Below are positions 30,798-40,254 of a stretch of 64,000 nucleotides of DNA, one piece after another. The stretch lies in NCBI GenBank assembly GCA_963796105.1, contig CAWCKJ010000002.1, positions 224,001 through 288,000 on the forward strand, in the 5' to 3' direction. Made by a program: the position numbers and the translations under genes. The first letter of the stretch is position 1. Each line of letters begins with the position of its first letter. The DNA is from a candidate division FCPU426 bacterium (GTDB lineage Bacteria; Oederibacteriota; Muellerivitia; Muellerivitales; Muellerivitaceae). The notes beneath the pieces were generated by a model. The model saw only the letters and a program-made list of their open reading frames with translations. It was not told where the DNA came from and made no database searches.

Positions 30798-31148
30798 TCC
30801 TGATGTTTTTTCTGTGTTAATTAGTAAGTTTTTTGTGATGGATCAGGACTTGTGCAAAATGGGAAGCGGCAGGGCCGTGAAAAACTTCCATTCCCCATCC
30901 GCTTGAAAGGATGGGATCGAATAACAGACCGAAAGGCCGCTTATTTCCGGCCGAAAGTATAAACCTACTTTTTACCTTCCCTTAACATCCCCCCCGGTCC
31001 CGTGAAATAGAATCAACTCTCACACCACGCCCACGCCGGCAGAATCCTCCTTGTGAAAACGGAATGAACCAGACTGGTTGTTTCAAGCATGAGCGGGGCC
31101 GCGAACCGGATGAAAATACGGTTCGCCTTACCCGGAATCGGGGGAATC

Positions 31149-32957
31149 ATGGACTCGGAAACCTTCAAGGCTGAACGCGCCAGGAATATTCTCGCCTTCG
31201 CCAGGGAAAAAGGCTACATCACCTACAAGCAGGTGAACGACATCCTGCCGGAGGAGGCCGTCTCCGCCGAGGAGGTCGATGAAATCCTGTTCATGCTGGA
31301 TGAAAACGACGTCCAGGTCGTGGAGCACGTGAAGGATGTCGACGGCCTGGAGGAGGAAGGAAAGGAACCGTTCCCCGCTCCGGGGGCTTCCGCGGAGGAA
31401 GATGAGCCTGGGACACAGCCTGGACCGGAAAAGGACGGCGAGGCCGCCCGATCCAACGCCCCCATGTCCGACCTGGTCAAAATGTACATGAATGACATGG
31501 GCCGGATCCCGCTTTTGTCCCGCGATGAGGAAATCGCCATCGCCAAGCGCATCGAGGCAGGCGAGTTCAGGCGGGAAAAGATCGTGCTGGGATCGGCCCT
31601 GGGATTCGTGGAACTGGGCGGCCTCCTTGAGGACATCCTTCTAAAAAGGAAAAGCATCCAGGAAACCATCGACATGGAGCCCTACGAGGACCTGCCGGAG
31701 GGGCCGCCGGAAGGGAAAATACTCTTAAAACTCAGGAGGAGGCAAAACAGGCTGAAGGCCCTGGAGTCCCGGATCAAGTCCCTTCAGCGCCGGGTTGAAT
31801 CGCGGTCCCTGGGAATTGAAAAACGAAAGCTCCTGGCCAAACAGCTGGATGACCTGCTCGTTGACCTGGTCTGGCTGGTGAAGGACTGCCAATTCCAGGG
31901 AAAGGTCAAGGAACGCCTTCTGGGTTGTTTCCGTGAGACCGGAGAGGCCCTTGAGGAGCAGGAATATATCATGCGCCAGCAGGAGAAAAAGCTGAGGCTC
32001 GCCCCCAAGGAATACCTCAAGCTTCCCGGAAGGCTAAAGTTCGGTGAGCCGGGCGGGTTCATAACGCTGGAGGGAAAGGACGACCAAAAAACCGGGGATT
32101 TCGCCGAGGCGTGCCGCCTCTGGAAGGGGGCGAGGCGGGAGATCAAGCGGCTGGAGAAAAAGGCCATGGCGGGCCGGGAACGCGTCAAGGCCATGATGCG
32201 CGGGATCAGGGAGGGGGAGAACGCCGCTTACCGCGCCAGCATGGAGATGGTGGAAGCCAACCTGCGCCTGGTCATCGCCATTGCCAAGAAATACCAGAAC
32301 CGGGGACTGCCATTGCTGGATCTCGTCCAGGAAGGCAATATCGGCCTCATGAGGGCGGTCGAGAAGTTCGAGTACCGCCGGGGCTACAAATTTTCCACCT
32401 ACGCCACCTGGTGGGTCCGCCAAGCCATATCCAGGGCCATCGCGGACCAGGCCCGAACGATCCGCCTCCCGGTGCACTTGAATGAGGTCATCTACAAGTC
32501 CATGAAGGCCACCCGCGACCTGGTGCAGGAACTGGGCCGTGAACCCATGATGGATGAGATCGCCGAACGTATCGATATGCCCGTTGAAAAGGTCCGAGGG
32601 TTCCTCAAATCAGCACAATCGCCCGTCTCGCTCGACTTGCCTGTCGGGGAATACCAAGAGTCCCGTTTCGGGGATTTCATAGCCGATACGGAGGCCGTCA
32701 GCCCGGATAACGCGGCCGTTTTCACGATCCTGCGGGAAAAGATCACGAAGATTCTTGGGACCCTGAATGCCAGGGAAGCGGAGGTCCTGCGCCAGCGGTT
32801 CGGGCTGAACAACAACAATCCCCGCACGCTGGAGGAAGTGGGAAGCGTTTTTCAAGTCACCCGGGAGCGTATCCGGCAGATTGAGGCCAGGGCCTTGAGA
32901 AAATTGAAGCATCCCACGAGACTCCGGGTTCTCCAGAGTTACAGGGATTTGGCGTAG
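31149..32957 (+). CDS. rpoD: RpoD-like group 1 sigma-70 factor, paralogue 1
   Basis: Region 1.1 ([12 protein letters not shown]), non-conserved region, 2.1-2.4 ([22 protein letters not shown]), 4.2 (TLEEVG...TRERIRQIE). Confidence 0.92.
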   Translation: MDSETFKAERARNILAFAREKGYITYKQVNDILPEEAVSAEEVDEILFMLDENDVQVVEHVKDVDGLEEEGKEPFPAPGASAEEDEPGTQPGPEKDGEAARSNAPMSDLVKMYMNDMGRIPLLSRDEEIAIAKRIEAGEFRREKIVLGSALGFVELGGLLEDILLKRKSIQETIDMEPYEDLPEGPPEGKILLKLRRRQNRLKALESRIKSLQRRVESRSLGIEKRKLLAKQLDDLLVDLVWLVKDCQFQGKVKERLLGCFRETGEALEEQEYIMRQQEKKLRLAPKEYLKLPGRLKFGEPGGFITLEGKDDQKTGDFAEACRLWKGARREIKRLEKKAMAGRERVKAMMRGIREGENAAYRASMEMVEANLRLVIAIAKKYQNRGLPLLDLVQEGNIGLMRAVEKFEYRRGYKFSTYATWWVRQAISRAIADQARTIRLPVHLNEVIYKSMKATRDLVQELGREPMMDEIAERIDMPVEKVRGFLKSAQSPVSLDLPVGEYQESRFGDFIADTEAVSPDNAAVFTILREKITKILGTLNAREAEVLRQRFGLNNNNPRTLEEVGSVFQVTRERIRQIEARALRKLKHPTRLRVLQSYRDLA

Positions 32958-33084
32958 AAAAATAATTGTCTCGGTTGAAATATCCGATTTTCAGTTGGGA
33001 ATTATTTAACACAAAATTCACGTTAGCCAAGAAATATATTTTTCCATAAGCGCTACTATTAAGCGCACTTATCCAAAATAGACT

Positions 33085-33369
33085 TTAGCCACAGATGTGC
33101 CAATCTTCCATAAAGCTTATATGAAGATTGTTACGATACCGACCTCCTTAATTACTTATAGGAAGGTCGGCATGCATGGGATTCAACAAGATTAGATCGT
33201 GAAAAAGGTTTTGCCTTTGCGCCCGATGGGCGTTATGGCCCTGCCTGCGGACCGTGGAAAAATTAATTTTTCCATCGGCCATAGGCTGAGCCATAGAGCA
33301 CGATTGATAAACTTTTTACGCAAAATCCAATTTCTTCCTATCCCCTGCATCCCCTGAATCCGTGGCAAA
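33085..33369. repeat. GCCAC(A/G)GAT...ATCCGTGGC palindromic element carrying nested hairpin insertions
   Basis: Ends match the compact element at 51166-51267 in reverse orientation; extra hairpins inside. Confidence 0.65.
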
Positions 33370-33494
33370 GGACTTTGTTTTGCTTTATGTCTATTAGAAT
33401 TAAAAACTTCTGATTTTATTTATCTTTGTTCCTTGGCTTTTGTTTAATTTGGACGCTATGACTTTTAATGAGTTTTTCTTTTACCGGAGGGATC

Positions 33495-33734
33495 ATGGAA
33501 ATCAAGGAATCGTTGCGGTGCTACATCCTTCAAAAGTTTGTTTACTTGATCCGGACCGTCAATATGGACCTGCGAAACAACATGGTTATCACCAGGACGG
33601 AGAAAAAATGCAGTGAGGCTCATTTATGCTGTAAAACAAACGTGCTTTGCAAATGGGTTTCATCGGATTATTGCTATGATGGAATGGATCGGAAGAACCT
33701 CCCCCCCTTTATCGACGACCCCCGTAATAACTGA
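33495..33734 (+). CDS. Small Cys-rich hypothetical protein
   Basis: GGAGG RBS then ATG; 79 aa with six Cys. Confidence 0.55.
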   Translation: MEIKESLRCYILQKFVYLIRTVNMDLRNNMVITRTEKKCSEAHLCCKTNVLCKWVSSDYCYDGMDRKNLPPFIDDPRNN

Positions 33735-33829
33735 TCCCATAGACCGGCTTGACCCCTGGTCCTTGGCAGGCTGTTAATAGGCCTAACCCTTTCATATCCC
33801 GGTTCTTCAGGTTGGCCCCCATTCGCGAA

Positions 33830-34721
33830 TCGCGCAAGTTGCGCGAATGGAAAGTTGCGCGATTCAACCTTGCGCGATTCGGCTTGGAAGTTGCGCGAAT
33901 CCCAAAAAAAGTTGCGCGATTCGATCCCATGGGTGTCATTTGTCCCGCCGCGGGACAAATCTATGGTCATAAGCTAATAAACACGGCAATTATGTCCAGC
34001 CGCTGGACAAAACTTCCTCGGAGATATGGGCTCTGCCCAGCGGCTGGGCAGGAGAGGGGAAATCCAGAGAATACCAGAGGCTAACCCGGGAACATTCGGA
34101 CTTAAGCCGGGAACAGCGGCAGATAACCCGGGAACAGGGTAGATAACCCGCCCACATTGCCGGGAACATCCGTCGGAAAGGGAGATAACCCGCCCACATT
34201 TCCGCCGGTCGGGAGGATAAACCGCCCACATTGCCGGGAACATGTGTCGGCAGGGAGGATAACCCGCCCACATTTCCGCCGACACCTACCGGAGTTGAGG
34301 ATAAACCGCCCACATTTTCGTAGGTAACCCGGGATAACCTGGTGACAGGCTGGGATAACCTGGTGACACCTACTGGCATTTTCGTCGGCAACCTAGGATA
34401 CCCCTATGCTGAGCCTACAAGGCGAAGCATGCGACTCGATTATTTTTATCGCCCTTGGACGTAAGTCCATCCAACGGGTGGGTGTGTTGGCGCCAAGATA
34501 ATGGCGCCAATAACCTGGTGACAGGAGCCCTGTCCCCATAGCGGAGTTATTTCACCAATTAATTGTGATTTTAGCTGGGTCTCTGGGTCCCTGTGGTGGA
34601 TATTGGTTTTCCGCCCACATTACTGGCGGTATTTTGCCCTAACTCAGGGCAAGACTGGAAGCTAGATGTTGCGCGAATCGGCTGAAAAGTTGCGCGATTC
34701 GTATAGAAGGTTGCGCGATTC
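33830..34721 (+). repeat. Helically phased multi-motif non-coding repeat array
   Basis: TTGCGCGA x8 plus 1 inverted; three 8-1-8 palindromes; CCGGGAACA x5; GATAAMCCGCCCACATT x5; ATAACCTGGTGACA x3; spacings mostly 21/32/42/52 bp. Confidence 0.9.
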
Positions 34722-34740
34722 AAAATACCCGTGATAAAAT
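34711..34740 (+). promoter_or_regulatory. Sigma-70-type promoter whose -35 is the last TTGCGCGA repeat
   Basis: TTGCGC (34711)-N18-TAAAAT (34735) with TGn extended -10; ATG 9 nt downstream and no SD, so nearly leaderless. Confidence 0.55.
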
Positions 34741-34749
34741 CCCATTTAT

Positions 34750-35538
34750 ATGGTGCCTAAATTTATAAACGCCTTGTTTTCAAGCTTTTTATCGGTACTC
34801 CTGTGGATTGCCAGCCTTTACCACGGGGGTCTGATTGTTTTAGCCATCCTCTGTTCAGCCAAACTCCCACCGGCCTACGATGTACCCTTGGGCTGGACCC
34901 AATACCTGGATTCTAATGGCGCCAGCTCATTTTCCTTTTGGGTTTATTTTTCCTCCTTAACCGCCTACCTCATCTGGGAGACTGTCCATTCGGACTTCAA
35001 AAAACCCAAGGGAATTGAGCTGTTGTTCCAAAAAGCGGGAGCAGGGGAGAACGCCGTGGTGGGGTGGTTCCTATTAGACCTGTTCGCACGTTACAACCAT
35101 CATCATTTGTTTTACAGCCTTATGCCCGACTACCTGGATAAGACCCTGGCGGTTTGTTTCCTGCTTTGGTTGGACCAAAAGATCGTAAACTCCATTTTAC
35201 GAAACCGGCAAGCCATCGTTGTTGCCAATCCAGTTCGGATTCCCAAAGCTCCTGTTGAAACTATCCCTTTACCCTCTAAAGATGTCATGGAAGAAAAAAA
35301 CCAACTAAAGTTGATTGTCCCGGTAAAGCAAGAATTACCCAATGATCAATCACTGGCTGAATTGGAAGAAAAAATTTTGAAATACATCCGCCGCCATGAA
35401 AAGGCAGGCACTGCGGAATTGGTAAAAGCCCTTAGAGTTCCTCCGAGGACGGTGAATTACTGGCAAAAGAAACTGCTCTCGAATGGGCGTTTGGAGAGAG
35501 TGGGGAAGGGCAAAGCGGCGGTTTACAGACTGAAATAG
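34750..35538 (+). CDS. Membrane protein with C-terminal winged helix-turn-helix
   Basis: 3-4 hydrophobic segments, a linker, then EEKILKYIRRHEKAGTAELVKALRVPPRTVNYWQKKLLSNGRLERVGKGKAAVYRL. Confidence 0.75.
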   Translation: MVPKFINALFSSFLSVLLWIASLYHGGLIVLAILCSAKLPPAYDVPLGWTQYLDSNGASSFSFWVYFSSLTAYLIWETVHSDFKKPKGIELLFQKAGAGENAVVGWFLLDLFARYNHHHLFYSLMPDYLDKTLAVCFLLWLDQKIVNSILRNRQAIVVANPVRIPKAPVETIPLPSKDVMEEKNQLKLIVPVKQELPNDQSLAELEEKILKYIRRHEKAGTAELVKALRVPPRTVNYWQKKLLSNGRLERVGKGKAAVYRLK

Positions 35539-35821
35539 GATCATAGAGTAAAAGTTAAGGCGAAAAAAACACCATTAATTGGTAATAGGGCTATTCAAAA
35601 AGTCCCTATTCTTTTACGCCGGGGCGTTAAAATAAAGGTTAATGAGCGACGGTTCGAGTCCAGTCCGGGGACCCGTCGCGGACAAATAAAGGCAACTTTT
35701 TGACAATTAAGCGTGGGTTTGTATCCAACCCAGGGAGCCATTTACACTGTTTTAGAAATAATCATATATATATAATCACTGGAATTACACAAGCTTTAAT
35801 GGGGAAGAGAAGGAATGGGTA

Positions 35822-36439
35822 ATGTTTGACCGCAGGGAACATTGGGAAAAGATCTACCGGGAAAAGCATCCGGACCAGATGAGCTGGTACCAAACGGAGC
35901 CGAAAAAGTCCCTCGATTTGATAACCCACGCCAGGACTCTATTGAGTGGAAATATCATAGATGTGGGCGGCGGGTCATCGGTCTTGGTGGACCGCCTTTT
36001 AAAAACCGGCTTCAAGAACATCACTGTTTTAGATATCTCTGAAACAGCCCTCGAAAGCTCCAAAAAGAGGCTGGGAATCAAGGCCAAGAAAGTGAAATGG
36101 GTGGTTGAGGATATCACCAAATTCAATCCCACCCGTAAATTCGACCTCTGGCATGACCGGGCGGTATTTCATTTCCTCACGGGGGAAGTGGACCGGAGAA
36201 AATACGTCGAGGCCCTTAACAAGGCGCTCAAACCGGGAGGCCATTTGGTTCTGGCTTCTTTCGCTCGCCGCGGCCCTAGTGAATGCAGTAACTTGAAAGT
36301 GTGCCAATATGACTCGGCATCCATCCAAAGGGAGCTGGGGATTGAGTTCAAGCTCGTCAAGGAAGAGCAGGAAAACCACATCACTCCCTGGATGAAAGAA
36401 CAAAAATTCGTTTATTTTTTGTTCACAAAAACCAAGTAA
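35822..36439 (+). CDS. Class I SAM-dependent methyltransferase
   Basis: HWEKIY...SWYQ, IIDVGGGSS, WHDRAVFHFL. Confidence 0.9.
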   Translation: MFDRREHWEKIYREKHPDQMSWYQTEPKKSLDLITHARTLLSGNIIDVGGGSSVLVDRLLKTGFKNITVLDISETALESSKKRLGIKAKKVKWVVEDITKFNPTRKFDLWHDRAVFHFLTGEVDRRKYVEALNKALKPGGHLVLASFARRGPSECSNLKVCQYDSASIQRELGIEFKLVKEEQENHITPWMKEQKFVYFLFTKTK

Positions 36440-36443
36440 TTCT

Positions 36444-36486
36444 TCACCACGGGTTCTTTCAGAACCACAAAGGCACAGTAAGGAAC
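36444..36486 (+). repeat. Dispersed intergenic repeat TCACCAC-GGTTC-N5-GAACC-..CACAGTAAGGAA, copy 1
   Basis: Matches 41458-41500 and 49238-49283. Confidence 0.7.
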
Positions 36487-36672
36487 ATCTTTAGTTTTTT
36501 AATACCTCACAACCAGATAAAGCTTACTTCGGTGCGAAGCCCCACGGTTTTAAAGAAGAGATTTTATTGGCTTTTTTAGATAATATTTAACCTTTCTTTA
36601 ACATTCCGCTGGTTTTTGAGAAATAAAATATTTTTCTTTTTAATAATCCTGAATTGAATTCCACCATTGATT

Positions 36673-38595
36673 ATGAAAACCATTTCTCGATTTTTGGCGT
36701 CGATTCCCTTGGCTTTATTCCTGCCTTTTGAGTCCTTCCTTTATGGCCAAACTCCAACACCCTCTCCCACGCTTCCTGACAACATTTACGAATTGAAGGA
36801 AGTGGTCGTTTATGGGGAAAAAGCCGGGGGCGATGTTCTTGAGGGCGCCGCGCTGGACTCCCTGGAGTCCGATGGCCGTTTGGGGGATTTACTGGACCAG
36901 ATCCCCTCCGTGGAATCCCAGGGCCTGGGCGGGGCCAAGAGTTTCGGCAATCCCTCCATCCGGGGGGCCGCGGCCGAGCAAACCGTGATTCTTTTGAACG
37001 GGCAAAGGGTCAACCAGGGTTTTGATTTGGGGAATATTCCTACCGATAATATCGAGCGGATTGAGGTGATCAAGGGGCCAGCCGCCTTGGCCTATGGCTC
37101 GGACGCCACGGGCGGAGTCATCAATATCATTACCAAGACCGGGGGACAGGAAGGGTTGATAGGGGCGTCCTACGGCGGCTTTGAAACTTACCAACTGAGG
37201 GGTTCCACCGGAACCTGGAAAACCGGGCCCTGGGAGGCCTCGTTCGGGGGCAATTGGTACCAAACCGACGGATACACCATCAACACCGACCAGAAATCCT
37301 GGGAGCTAGACCACGCCTCCTCCTTTCGCCTGGGTCAAGGCAGGCTGACCCTATCGGCACAATACACTAACCGAGATGGCGGAGCCCCGAACGGGGACAG
37401 TCTTTCGGCCCAGGATATCGGTGAATTTGACACGGATGACCGGGGCCAAAAGCGGACCTTCAACGCGGTCATTGGGGACCAATTGCGCTTGGGGGATTGG
37501 ACGCTGGATTCCTCGCTTTCGTACAACCACACCTACGCCTACCGTCTTAGCCCATTGGCGGCGGATAACGCGGACGGCGTTCCGCTCGTGGACCTGAACA
37601 ACTACGACACTTATGACGGGTGGTCTTCGGCTTCCGCCAAATGGAAGGGTTTGCTTAGCGCTCTCACCTTGGGCCTGGAATTCCGAAGCGAACAAATTCA
37701 GGGCATCGAGGGGCTGGATGGAGCAGGAATTAGAGAAAACAACGTAGGCTCTATTTTCGCCCGAGGAACGATTAGCCTCAACCCGGGCCTCTCGATCAAG
37801 TGGAGTGGACGGCTCGACGGGTACGCCGATTACAACACAGTGGTTTTCAACCCCTCGGGAACGCTGAGGTACGATCTGGAGCCTGGCCGTTCTGTTTATC
37901 TGGAGTCGGGCACGGGATACCGGCGTCCGGATTTCGACGAGCTTTACCATCCCTTGATCCCTTATGTGACTCCTGGGCCGGTGGAATTCGGGAGCGGGGA
38001 AACGGGCAACCCCGCTTTACAGCCGGAAAGTTCGATCAATTGGGAAGCAGGGACGGATTTGGTTTGGAACCAATTGATCCTCAAGGTAGACGGTTTCGCC
38101 GATTTTTACTCCAACCTGATCGTTCCGGCGCAAAACACAACGGGCTATTGGACTTTCGAGAATATCGCCCAGGCCCGGTTATTCGGAGCGGAAGCCGATC
38201 TGCGCTGGAGCCCGGCACCTTGGTTTTCGCCCTATGGAAATCTCCTGTATGTGGATTCCCGGGATACAGAAACCAACCAGCCCATAGCCATGAGAATGAA
38301 GGAAAAATTTACAGGCGGTATCAGGTCGGATATTTTCCCGGGCGCCGAATTGAACCTTTACACCCAATACGTGGAACATAACCCCGCGCTCTATCAAGGC
38401 GCCTATGACGAGGAGGCACCGATCATCACCTTGACTTCCTATTGGATCTGGAACGCGGAATTCAAACTCAAGGTTGGAAAATCCTTGAAAATTTTCCTGA
38501 ACGGCACCAACCTTCTTAACTCCTATTTCGCCACGCTTCAGGGCCTGCCTATGCCGGGACGTTACTTGGAAGCGGGAACCACCTGGAGTTTCTAG
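36673..38595 (+). CDS. TonB-dependent receptor (BtuB/CirA-like)
   Basis: TonB box EVVVYG; plug SIRG...IERIEVIKGPAALAYGSDATGGVINIITK; GNPALQPE; C-terminal Phe. Confidence 0.9.
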   Translation: MKTISRFLASIPLALFLPFESFLYGQTPTPSPTLPDNIYELKEVVVYGEKAGGDVLEGAALDSLESDGRLGDLLDQIPSVESQGLGGAKSFGNPSIRGAAAEQTVILLNGQRVNQGFDLGNIPTDNIERIEVIKGPAALAYGSDATGGVINIITKTGGQEGLIGASYGGFETYQLRGSTGTWKTGPWEASFGGNWYQTDGYTINTDQKSWELDHASSFRLGQGRLTLSAQYTNRDGGAPNGDSLSAQDIGEFDTDDRGQKRTFNAVIGDQLRLGDWTLDSSLSYNHTYAYRLSPLAADNADGVPLVDLNNYDTYDGWSSASAKWKGLLSALTLGLEFRSEQIQGIEGLDGAGIRENNVGSIFARGTISLNPGLSIKWSGRLDGYADYNTVVFNPSGTLRYDLEPGRSVYLESGTGYRRPDFDELYHPLIPYVTPGPVEFGSGETGNPALQPESSINWEAGTDLVWNQLILKVDGFADFYSNLIVPAQNTTGYWTFENIAQARLFGAEADLRWSPAPWFSPYGNLLYVDSRDTETNQPIAMRMKEKFTGGIRSDIFPGAELNLYTQYVEHNPALYQGAYDEEAPIITLTSYWIWNAEFKLKVGKSLKIFLNGTNLLNSYFATLQGLPMPGRYLEAGTTWSF

Positions 38596-38610
38596 GGTAT
38601 TTAAGTATTA

Positions 38611-40254
38611 CCTGAATTTTGCACCGAGTTTACCGATTCCGTGGCCAGATCGGCCTGAATCGGGACCCGACAGTGGCCATTTTCATCAGAAGTGAACTTA
38701 TGTGCAAAGAATTTTTTGCACCAAGCCACTTCTAGGCCGCCCTGGGTCTTTCCAATCGTTTTCGATCAAGGTATTTGAGGAAACCCAATAGGCCCGCTGT
38801 CCTATCATCATGGATTGAATACCTCACCACATCCCGATGGCCGTGATACTGGATTCGGGCGGCTACAAAGAGCATCTTCAAACGTGCGATCCGAAGGGTA
38901 TGGTCCGGCATGGTGATCTGTTCCTTCTCCTGTGGCTTCTTTCCCGGTCGCTTTTCTTTTCCACAATGGCCCACCATTAGTTTCATCCACCTCCAGAGGT
39001 TGTAAGCCAGCATCACGATCTGGAAAAAAGCATGGTGGCTTTGGAAACTCTTAGAGGGAATTGCTAATAACCCCTCCCGTTGCGCCTCACCAATCAGGTT
39101 TTCCACATCCGCGCGCAGGTCGTATTCCTCAACCACCCGATGGGGTGCTCCCAGACAGTTGGTCGCGAAGATTCGGTAGACATATCCTTCCATTTCAGGA
39201 AGGCTCAATTGTTTCTCCCGCGCTTTTTCATCCAGCGTCCTCATCGCCACAAACCGGACTGGTTGTTGCCAGCCTATGGGTTGATGGACACATTCGTTGT
39301 ATTCGTGTTCTCCATGGCGGTACCAACCCTTTTTCGTGAAAGGCGGGTCATGCCGCTTGTTCCCGAAGATGAAAGAAAACCCTTCTTTTTCACAGGCTTT
39401 CACGCTTTCCCAGCCGATCATTTCACCGTCACCGCGCACCAGAATCGTCCGGACACAGGACGGCAAGAGTCGCCGGAATTGTCTAATTTGGCGGGCCACT
39501 TCCTCAGAACTAAGGGTGGTTCCGCGTCTTTGGGTTCCGCACAAATATTCCCGGGTTTCCTGGAGAAAACACAGAATGGGCCTCAGTCCCTTCTTGCCCC
39601 GGTGCTTGGGGTTGTATCCTTTTCGGCTTCCCTCGATATTTCCGTAGACCGTTGCGGTGGTGGTATCGATGTTGATCTCCACCTTCTTGGGGGCATATTT
39701 CACCTGTCCCCAAACCTTGGCCCGTAACGCCCCACTCAGATTCAGCAACGATGCCGACTGCCCGATCCCCAGCGACCTCAGGTATCTCCAAAAAGTTGTC
39801 ACTACCGGCAACAAGGGAACCCGCAGTAAACCGCACAGCATGACCTCACCCCGCAGGTAGGCAAAATGGCCAAGTCTTTGGAACCCGATGAAAAGAAGCA
39901 TTAGGATGCCGCTTACCATCCGGTAGTGGCCCAAATTCGGAAGGCGTTTAGGTGCGGCATAGTGTTTTTTGAATTCCCGCTCAAAATCAAGAAGGTCGAA
40001 CATCTTCGCCAATGCCAACAATCCGCCAAAAGCTGTTAGGCGGTCTTCGCAAATACCTACGGGAGTATTGGCCGTAATCTTGGGCGCGATTCTCCCGTTT
40101 CGATTGGCTTTTTTCTGGACTTGCGGGTTTGATTTCTGAGGCGTATCTTGACGTTTCACCATCTGGGGGACCCTCTTTTAGGATGAGTTGGCTTCGCAAC
40201 CCTTATCCTATAATGGTTTCCTAGATGGTTTTTTTATTAGGCGCAAAATTCAGG
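38611..40254 (-). mobile_element. IS1380-family insertion sequence, copy 2 (1,644 bp)
   Basis: Same TIRs and length as copy 1; TATTA duplications at 38606-38610 and 40255-40259. Confidence 0.93.
38732..40162 (-). CDS. IS1380-family transposase (protein identical to copy 1)
   Basis: Identical 476-aa translation in the ORF track. Confidence 0.92.
   Translation of the reverse strand: MVKRQDTPQKSNPQVQKKANRNGRIAPKITANTPVGICEDRLTAFGGLLALAKMFDLLDFEREFKKHYAAPKRLPNLGHYRMVSGILMLLFIGFQRLGHFAYLRGEVMLCGLLRVPLLPVVTTFWRYLRSLGIGQSASLLNLSGALRAKVWGQVKYAPKKVEINIDTTTATVYGNIEGSRKGYNPKHRGKKGLRPILCFLQETREYLCGTQRRGTTLSSEEVARQIRQFRRLLPSCVRTILVRGDGEMIGWESVKACEKEGFSFIFGNKRHDPPFTKKGWYRHGEHEYNECVHQPIGWQQPVRFVAMRTLDEKAREKQLSLPEMEGYVYRIFATNCLGAPHRVVEEYDLRADVENLIGEAQREGLLAIPSKSFQSHHAFFQIVMLAYNLWRWMKLMVGHCGKEKRPGKKPQEKEQITMPDHTLRIARLKMLFVAARIQYHGHRDVVRYSIHDDRTAGLLGFLKYLDRKRLERPRAA

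Noticed and set aside
30840..30970. c-di-GMP riboswitch between the EAL gene and rpoD paralogue 1
   Set aside because: Hairpins are present, but the conserved GGCAAA...CGCAAAGC (class I) or class II cores were not found on either strand.
32960..33030. Integron attC site (imperfect palindrome followed by GTTAGCC)
   Set aside because: Box geometry is wrong, there is no cassette array and no integrase.
33674..34391. ORFs overlapping the phased array (e.g. 33749-34084, 33974-34285, 33990-34391)
   Set aside because: Repeat spacings of 16, 32, 41 and 52 bp shift frame; translations are low-complexity with no RBS or recognisable domain.
33830..34721. CRISPR array
   Set aside because: No constant repeat with unique spacers of regular length, several different short motifs, and no cas genes.
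35640..35745. Intact tRNA gene
   Set aside because: No D-arm, anticodon arm or 5' acceptor strand can be folded; kept only as a possible fragment.
36440..36670. Cobalamin riboswitch upstream of the BtuB-like receptor
   Set aside because: Only CGGTGCGAA resembles it; the GGGAA and GCCACTG core and the B12 box are not visible.
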